From contig ONGB01000003.1 in the NCBI GenBank assembly GCA_900317295.1, positions 12,245 to 76,244 on the forward strand: a stretch of DNA of 64,000 nt. Reading direction: 5' to 3'. Of this stretch, positions 58,150 through 64,000 are shown piece after piece. This DNA is from an uncultured Erysipelotrichaceae bacterium. GTDB lineage: Bacteria; Bacillota_I; Bacilli_A; RFN20; CAG-826. The position numbers and the translations under genes are program-made. The notes under the pieces were generated by a model. That model did not search any database, was not told where the DNA came from, and saw only the letters and a program-made list of their open reading frames with translations. How positions within the stretch are numbered: the stretch's first letter is position 1; the number at the start of each line of letters is the position of its first letter.

Positions 58150-58845
58150 ATGGATTTCTCTGGCTGGGAAAAACTGTCTCTCGTCGACTTCGACGACAAC
58201 CTCACGACCACTCTTTTCATGGCGGGCTGCCCATTCCGCTGCCCCTTTTGCCATAACGGGGACTTGGTCCTTCATCCGGAAAACGCCCCGAAGATCCCGT
58301 GGGAAGAGATCCTAGACTATCTAAAAAAGCGTAGAGGCATGTTAGACGCCGTCTGCGTCTCCGGTGGCGAGCCGACCTTGATGCCCGACCTCAAAGAGAA
58401 AATCCGCGAGATCAAAGAGCTTGGCTATATCGTCAAATTGGATTCCAATGGCTGGCGGCCCGATTTATTGAAAGGGCTTATCGAAGAGAAGCTCGTCGAC
58501 CACATCGCGATGGATATCAAGAACTCCAAAGAGAAATATTCCGCGACCGCGGGGGTGGAAGTCGATATGAGCCAAATCACCCAATCCGTGGACCTATTGA
58601 TGCATTCGGGGATCAGCTATGAATTCCGCACGACGATCATTGAGGAATTCCATGACGAAGACGACATCCGCCGCATCGGGGAATGGATTAAGGGGGCAAA
58701 GATGTATCGGTTGCAAAGATTCATCGACGGGGAAACCTGCATCTACCGTGGCCTTCATCCCATTAGCTTAGATAAGGCCGAAGGATTCATAGAGATTCTC
58801 AAACCCTATATCGAAAATGTCGATTTAAGGGGATACGACAAATAA
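58150..58845 (+). CDS. nrdG: Anaerobic ribonucleotide reductase activating radical-SAM enzyme
   Basis: GCPFRCPFCHN, SGGEPT, KLDSNG, AMDIK and YEFRTT motifs; close to nrdD. Confidence 0.9.
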   Translation: MDFSGWEKLSLVDFDDNLTTTLFMAGCPFRCPFCHNGDLVLHPENAPKIPWEEILDYLKKRRGMLDAVCVSGGEPTLMPDLKEKIREIKELGYIVKLDSNGWRPDLLKGLIEEKLVDHIAMDIKNSKEKYSATAGVEVDMSQITQSVDLLMHSGISYEFRTTIIEEFHDEDDIRRIGEWIKGAKMYRLQRFIDGETCIYRGLHPISLDKAEGFIEILKPYIENVDLRGYDK

Positions 58846-58884
58846 AAAAGAGCGGAATTCCGATGCATGGGTCCGCTCTTTTCG

Positions 58885-59793
58885 TTATTTCGAATTCAGG
58901 TAATTGGCCGCGCTCATCGCCGCGATCGCCCCATCGCTGGTGGCGGTGATGACCTGGCGGATTTTCTTCACGCGGCAATCACCCGCGGCGTAGATCCCAG
59001 GGGTCTTCGTCGCCATGCCTTCGTCAACGACGATGAAGCCTTTATCTAGATCCACCCAGGAGGCGAAACGATCGTTATCGGGGATCTGGCCGATCGCGAT
59101 GAAGCAACCGTCGCAGGGGAAGGTCTTAAGTTCCCCGGTCTTCTTGTCTTTGAAGGTGACCCCGACGAGCTCTTCTTCGCCTTCGAACCGCACGGCTTCA
59201 TACTCATGGACGAAGTCGATGTTTTGGATTTGATTCATCCGTTTGATGAGGATGTCATCGGCGAAGAATTTGTCGAAAAGAGTGACCACCTGCACGTGTT
59301 TTGAGGTCTCCGAGAGCATGATCGCATATTGAAGGGCGGTGTTCGCGTCCCCGATGAGGAGGACGTCTTTCCCCGTGTAGAAAGCCCCATCGCAGACGGC
59401 GCAGTAGGAGATGCCTTTCCCGGTGAGTTCCTCTTCGCGGTCCAGCCCGAGTTTGCGGTGCTTGCATCCGGTAGCGATGATGATGGTCTTGCTCTCTTTC
59501 TCGCCATAATCGGTGATGACCTTGAAGCCTTCTTCGGTCTTCGTAACGCTTTGGACATCACAGACATCGAATTCCACCCCTAGCGCGCTGATCTGCTCAA
59601 AAAGATGATCGGAGAAATCTAGCCCCGAGATCGAGGCGACGGAGGGGAAGTTCTCTAGGCGCGGGCTTTCGGCGATTTGCCCGCCGAAGGCTTCGCGTTC
59701 GAGGATGAGGACGCTTTTGCCGGCGCGCAATAGATATAAGGCCGCGGTCATTCCCGCGGGGCCGCCGCCGATGACGATGCTATCGTAGATCAT
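58885..59793 (-). CDS. trxB: Thioredoxin-disulfide reductase
   Basis: GGGPAG..AA.Y, GISYCAVCDG and GIYAAGD motifs. Confidence 0.9.
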   Translation of the reverse strand: MIYDSIVIGGGPAGMTAALYLLRAGKSVLILEREAFGGQIAESPRLENFPSVASISGLDFSDHLFEQISALGVEFDVCDVQSVTKTEEGFKVITDYGEKESKTIIIATGCKHRKLGLDREEELTGKGISYCAVCDGAFYTGKDVLLIGDANTALQYAIMLSETSKHVQVVTLFDKFFADDILIKRMNQIQNIDFVHEYEAVRFEGEEELVGVTFKDKKTGELKTFPCDGCFIAIGQIPDNDRFASWVDLDKGFIVVDEGMATKTPGIYAAGDCRVKKIRQVITATSDGAIAAMSAANYLNSK

Positions 59794-59862
59794 GGTTGTC
59801 GTTCCTTTCTTAGTGAGAAGAAAGCCCTCTCCGTTTCGGGAAAGGGCTTGAGGTTTCTGGGC

Positions 59863-62244
59863 TTACGCCTTCTTCGATTCGATGAAGCCCTTGATGTTGC
59901 TGGCGTTCTCGTAGATCTTGTAGCCCTCTCCGTCAGGAGCGACGAGGGTCGGGGCTTGCTTGATTCCGAAGGAGTTCGTCAAATCGCGGTTGGTGGCCGC
60001 GTCGATGTTCTGATAGGCGATGCCGGCTTTGTCGAGGAGCATCTTCGCCATCTTGCAGTTCGGGCAGGTCGGGGAGGTGAAGAGCATCACTTCGGTGACC
60101 TTCGGCGCTTCCTTGTTCACGTGGTCATGACCGCATGCGCAGGAGGCTCCGTCATGGGCGTGGGGCATCTGGGAGTCGCGGATTTCGTAGGTTTTGCGCA
60201 TCTTGAACTCCTGGACTTTGCCCGCGTTCCAGTTCTTGACCGGGCGGTAGTAGCCGGTGATGCGGGAGTAGACCTCAGCCTCTTTGCCGCAGATCGGGCA
60301 CTTCCATTGCTCGCCGCTGAGATAGCCATGGTCGGCGCAGACCGAGTAGGTCGGGGACATGGTGTAGTAGGGGAGCTTGTAGTTCTCCGCGATCTTGCGG
60401 ACGAGCTTCATGCAGGATTCCCAGTTCGGGAGGCGCTGGCCAAGGAAGGCATGGAAGACGGTGCCGGAGGTATAGAGGGTCTGGAAGCGGTCTTCGATGT
60501 CGAGGGCGTTGAAGATGTCATCCGTGAAGCCGACGGGGAGGTGGCTCGAATTGGTGTAATACGGGGTCTCGCCGTTTTTGGAGGCGGTGATGATGTCCGG
60601 GTAACGCTCCTTGTCGTGCTTGGCAAGACGGTAGGAGGTGGATTCCGCCGGGGTGGCCTCGAGGTTATAGAGGTCGCCATAACGCTCCTGGTAGTCGGAG
60701 AGTTTATTCCTCATGTGGTTGAGGACCTCTTCGGTGAATTCCTGGGCGGCCGGCTGAGTGAGGTCGGCGCGGATCCAACGGGCATTGAGGCAGGCTTCGT
60801 TCATCCCAACCAAACCGATGGTGGAGAAGTGGTTGTTGAAGGTGCCGAGGTAATGCTTGGTGTAGGGGTAGAGGCCAGCTTCCAAGAGCTTGGAGATGGT
60901 CTGCCTCTTAACGCGGAGCGAACGGGCGGAGATGTCCATCAAGCGATCGAGGCGGGCATAGAAGTCTTCTTTGTCGGTCGCGAGGTAGGCGATGCGCGGC
61001 ATGTTGATCGTGACGACGCCGACGGAGCCGGTGGATTCGCCAGAACCGAAGTAGCCGCCGCTCTTTTTGCGGAGCTCGCGGAGGTCGAGGCGGAGACGGC
61101 AGCACATCGAACGGACATCGCTAGGCTTCATGTCGGAGTTGATGTAGTTGGAGAAGTAGGGGGTGCCGAACTTCGCGGTCATCGTGAAGAGAAGCTTGTT
61201 GTTCTCGGTCGCGGACCAGTCGAAGTCGCGGGTGATGGAATAGGTCGGGATCGGGTATTGGAAGCCGCGGCCATTCGCGTCGCCTTCGATCATGACTTCG
61301 AGGAAGGCTTTGTTGACCATCGCCATTTCTTCTTTGCAATCGGCGTAGGTGAAGGGCATTTCCTTGCCGCCCACGATCGCGGGGAGGTTGGCCATGTCAT
61401 CGGGGACGGTCCAGTCGAGGGTGACGTTGGTAAACGGCGCCTGGGTGCCCCAGCGGGACGGGGTGTTGACTCCATAGATGAAGGACTGGATGCACTGCTT
61501 GACCTCTTTGTAGGAGAGGTTATCGACTTTGACGAACGGAGCGAGATAGGTATCAAAAGAAGAGAATGCCTGCGCGCCCGCCCACTCGTTCTGCATGATG
61601 CCGAGGAAGTTGACCATCTGGTTGCAGAGGGTCATCAAGTGGTTGGCGGGGGAGGAAGTGATCTTCCCGGGGACGCCGCCTAGGCCTTGCTGGATGAGCT
61701 GCTTCAGCGACCAACCGGCGCAATAGCCGGTGAGCATGGAGAGGTCATGGATATGGATGTCCGCGTTGCGGTGGGCGTCGCCGATCTCCTTGTCATAGAT
61801 CTCGGAGAGCCAGTAGTTCGCGGTGACGGCGCCGGAGTTGGAGAGGATGAGGCCGCCGACGGAATAGGTGACGGTGGAATTCTCTTTGACGCGCCAGTCG
61901 GAGATGCGGAGGTAGTTATCAACCACGTTCTTGAAGTCGAGATTGGTGTTCTTGACTTGGCGGAGCGCCGCATGCTTGGAACGATATTCCATGTAGGACT
62001 TGGCCACATCGACGTAGTTGGCCTGGATCAAGGCGATTTCGACAGCGTCCTGGATGTCTTCGACCGCGACTTTCTCATCCTTGATCTTGTTGTTGAAGAT
62101 CGAGGTCACGCGGAGGGCGAGGAGCTCGACGATGTCGGGGGTGCAATCCTTGTGTTCGGCGAGGAAAGCACGCTCGATGGCGCTTTCGATTTTCTTGAGG
62201 TCGAACGGCACGACGGTGTTGTCTCTTTTGATGACTTGAAGCAT
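59863..62244 (-). CDS. nrdD: Class III ribonucleoside-triphosphate reductase with ATP cone and C-terminal glutaredoxin-like domain
   Basis: VIKRD ATP cone, RSMCCRL, EATPAE, Zn site C..H..CPIC, glycyl-radical motif YSRITGY, then FTSPTCPNC...QAPTL. Confidence 0.95.
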   Translation of the reverse strand: MLQVIKRDNTVVPFDLKKIESAIERAFLAEHKDCTPDIVELLALRVTSIFNNKIKDEKVAVEDIQDAVEIALIQANYVDVAKSYMEYRSKHAALRQVKNTNLDFKNVVDNYLRISDWRVKENSTVTYSVGGLILSNSGAVTANYWLSEIYDKEIGDAHRNADIHIHDLSMLTGYCAGWSLKQLIQQGLGGVPGKITSSPANHLMTLCNQMVNFLGIMQNEWAGAQAFSSFDTYLAPFVKVDNLSYKEVKQCIQSFIYGVNTPSRWGTQAPFTNVTLDWTVPDDMANLPAIVGGKEMPFTYADCKEEMAMVNKAFLEVMIEGDANGRGFQYPIPTYSITRDFDWSATENNKLLFTMTAKFGTPYFSNYINSDMKPSDVRSMCCRLRLDLRELRKKSGGYFGSGESTGSVGVVTINMPRIAYLATDKEDFYARLDRLMDISARSLRVKRQTISKLLEAGLYPYTKHYLGTFNNHFSTIGLVGMNEACLNARWIRADLTQPAAQEFTEEVLNHMRNKLSDYQERYGDLYNLEATPAESTSYRLAKHDKERYPDIITASKNGETPYYTNSSHLPVGFTDDIFNALDIEDRFQTLYTSGTVFHAFLGQRLPNWESCMKLVRKIAENYKLPYYTMSPTYSVCADHGYLSGEQWKCPICGKEAEVYSRITGYYRPVKNWNAGKVQEFKMRKTYEIRDSQMPHAHDGASCACGHDHVNKEAPKVTEVMLFTSPTCPNCKMAKMLLDKAGIAYQNIDAATNRDLTNSFGIKQAPTLVAPDGEGYKIYENASNIKGFIESKKA

Positions 62245-62869
62245 GGCTTGTCTCCTTGATGATGATTTTCCAAGAGGGGCTAAGAAAGGTCAGGACCCCT
62301 TTCCCTCTTATGTCAGGCAATAGCCCCCTTCGGGGCTGTGCTCGATAATTATGGTGAATGGAGAAGCAAAATCAAGGGCAATGCGCAGCCATGAAAAATG
62401 GGGTCGAAAAGTGCCCCTTGAAAATTCTTTTCCACATTTTTTCCACACGACATCGGAACATTTTGAAAACTCGTTTTGAAAAGGGGCGCGAAAAAGGCGA
62501 AAAAACAGCCTATTTTTTATATAAAAAATGTTGTCAGTGTCCAAACATTTCATAAAAAAACCTGGAACCATCGAAAGTTTTCGTTTTTGCACTTTTTGAC
62601 AGAGCCCTATACCAACAAACTACTAACTTGACGATCCGCGGAAAAAAGAGACCTCCTGGGAAACCCTAGGCTTTTCCACATTTTCGAACCGCCGATTTCT
62701 TAAATTGACGGAAAAACGGAACGCCGTTTTGCCCCTTTTTATCGACGGGTCGGCTTAAGGTGAAGAAAAAACCGTTTTCGGAAAAAATTTTCTTAACGAA
62801 ACTTAAACCCCCGTTTGCTTTATGCAAAATGGGTTTTATTATATTTGCCGTATCCTAAAGGAGTGTCTT

Positions 62870-63640
62870 ATGACAAAAGAAGAAAAGAAAGCCGCGAAGG
62901 CCCAAAGAAGGGCCGAGCGCAAAGAAAAAGGAAAAGGTCTCTGGGCCGAATTCAAGGAGTTCATTAACAAGGGCAACGCCTTCATGCTTGCCGTTGGCGT
63001 CGTCATCGGCGGCGCGTTCTCCGCGATCGTCAACGCGTTCGTCAACATCCTGACCTCGCTCGCCACCTGGCCGGTCCCTGGCGGACTTGCCGGTCTCGTG
63101 AGCCCGCTCCCCGCGATCACGGATGTCCAAAAAGGCCTTGGCGCTGGTGCCCATCTTGATATCGGCATCGGCCAGCAATTCGCCGCTGCTGACCTCCTCG
63201 ACAAAGCCGATGCCCTCGCCACCAAGCTTTATGGCGCTGGCTATAGCGATGTCCAGTTCGTCGACGCCAAAGGGATGTTGACCTCCAACTACACCCTCTA
63301 TGGCAAGGTCTACTACTACAACGCCACCGCCCTCATCAACTGGGGCACCCTCCTCAACGCCGTCATCGCCTTCGTCATCATCGCCGTCGTCCTCTTCATC
63401 ATCGTGAAGGTCGCCAACAGCGCCGCCGCGAAGAAGGCCCAGATGGAAGAAGAAGCCCTCGAGCGCTACTACCTCAAGCATCCGGAAGAAAGGCCGGCCC
63501 CCGAGGATCCCGCGAAGCCGAAGCCCACGACCGAAGAACTCTTGGCCTCCATCCTTGTCGAGCTTAAGAAAGCCAATGGCGAAGAAGCTCCCGAGCCCGA
63601 AGAGATCGTCGCTCCGGAAACCGAAGCCGCCGAGGAATAA
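62870..63640 (+). CDS. mscL: Large-conductance mechanosensitive channel with expanded loop
   Basis: EFKEFINKGN..MLAVGVVIGGAFS.IV, WG.LLNAVI.F and EELL..IL..L motifs; start MTKE after AAGGAG. Confidence 0.88.
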   Translation: MTKEEKKAAKAQRRAERKEKGKGLWAEFKEFINKGNAFMLAVGVVIGGAFSAIVNAFVNILTSLATWPVPGGLAGLVSPLPAITDVQKGLGAGAHLDIGIGQQFAAADLLDKADALATKLYGAGYSDVQFVDAKGMLTSNYTLYGKVYYYNATALINWGTLLNAVIAFVIIAVVLFIIVKVANSAAAKKAQMEEEALERYYLKHPEERPAPEDPAKPKPTTEELLASILVELKKANGEEAPEPEEIVAPETEAAEE

Positions 63641-63655
63641 AACCTTAAACCAACA

Positions 63656-63684
63656 GAAGACCGCCCTTGTGGCGGTTTTCTTTC
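63656..63684 (+). terminator. Intrinsic terminator after mscL
   Basis: GAAGACCGCC-CTTGT-GGCGGTTTTC-TTTC. Confidence 0.8.
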
Positions 63685-63711
63685 TGTTTCGTTGCCCTTA
63701 AACTTATGGGC

Positions 63712-64000
63712 ATGCGAAACGTGATGCTAGAAAAGATAGAGAATTTCCGCGATTTGGGCGGATATGCCTGCGATTATGGCGAGACCTCCTTCGGGGTCGT
63801 TTACCGTTCGGCGACCATCGCTTATGCCAGCGATGACGACAAAGCGAAAATCCGTTCCTTGGGCATCAAGACGATCATCGATCTCCGCGAAGAGAAAACC
63901 AAAGAGGCTTTGCCTTGCCCCTTCAAAGGCGAGGAGGGCATCACTTTATTGGAGCTTCCCGTTAATGGGAACGGGCGCATCGCCACGCATTACGAAGACT
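63712..64000 (+). CDS. Protein tyrosine phosphatase family (PtpB/Y_phosphatase3-like), N-terminal fragment
   Basis: Translated from the sequence: NFRDLGGY, VYRSA and LGIKTIIDLR; runs off window end. Confidence 0.85.
   Translation, partial: MRNVMLEKIENFRDLGGYACDYGETSFGVVYRSATIAYASDDDKAKIRSLGIKTIIDLREEKTKEALPCPFKGEEGITLLELPVNGNGRIATHYED

Noticed and set aside
1-64000. CRISPR arrays, tRNAs, rRNAs and transposases
   Set aside because: None recognised on either strand by eye

Overview
Chromosomal window from a reduced-genome, anaerobic, Bacilli/Mollicutes-like Firmicute (genetic code 11; the lineage is inferred from gene order and content). Most of it is housekeeping: mnmE end-tatD-rnmV-rsmA-ispE-glmU, ppdK, pth-mfd-rqcP-tilS-ftsH-dusB, glyA, lysS, rpsF-ssb-rpsR, gdpP-rplI-dnaB-walJ-rlmH, ssrA, nrdG/trxB/nrdD and mscL. 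There are two accessory regions. The first is about 14 kb of cargo between rpsR and gdpP: a fluoride riboswitch plus cation:proton antiporter flanked by ~48-bp direct repeats, ABC exporters and two pseudogenes. The second is a ~3.7 kb islet directly downstream of tmRNA carrying a DUF6883/DUF4926-like toxin-immunity pair, a 390-aa orphan protein with an AT-hook-like motif, and the standout feature: a ~1.43 kb apparently non-coding transcription unit (about 56103-57532). That unit has a strong rRNA-type promoter, an intrinsic terminator and more than 20 strand-polarised short hairpins, including six G-UAAA-C loops, making it a candidate giant ornate ncRNA. All family assignments come from motif recognition by eye; no searches or folding programs were run.
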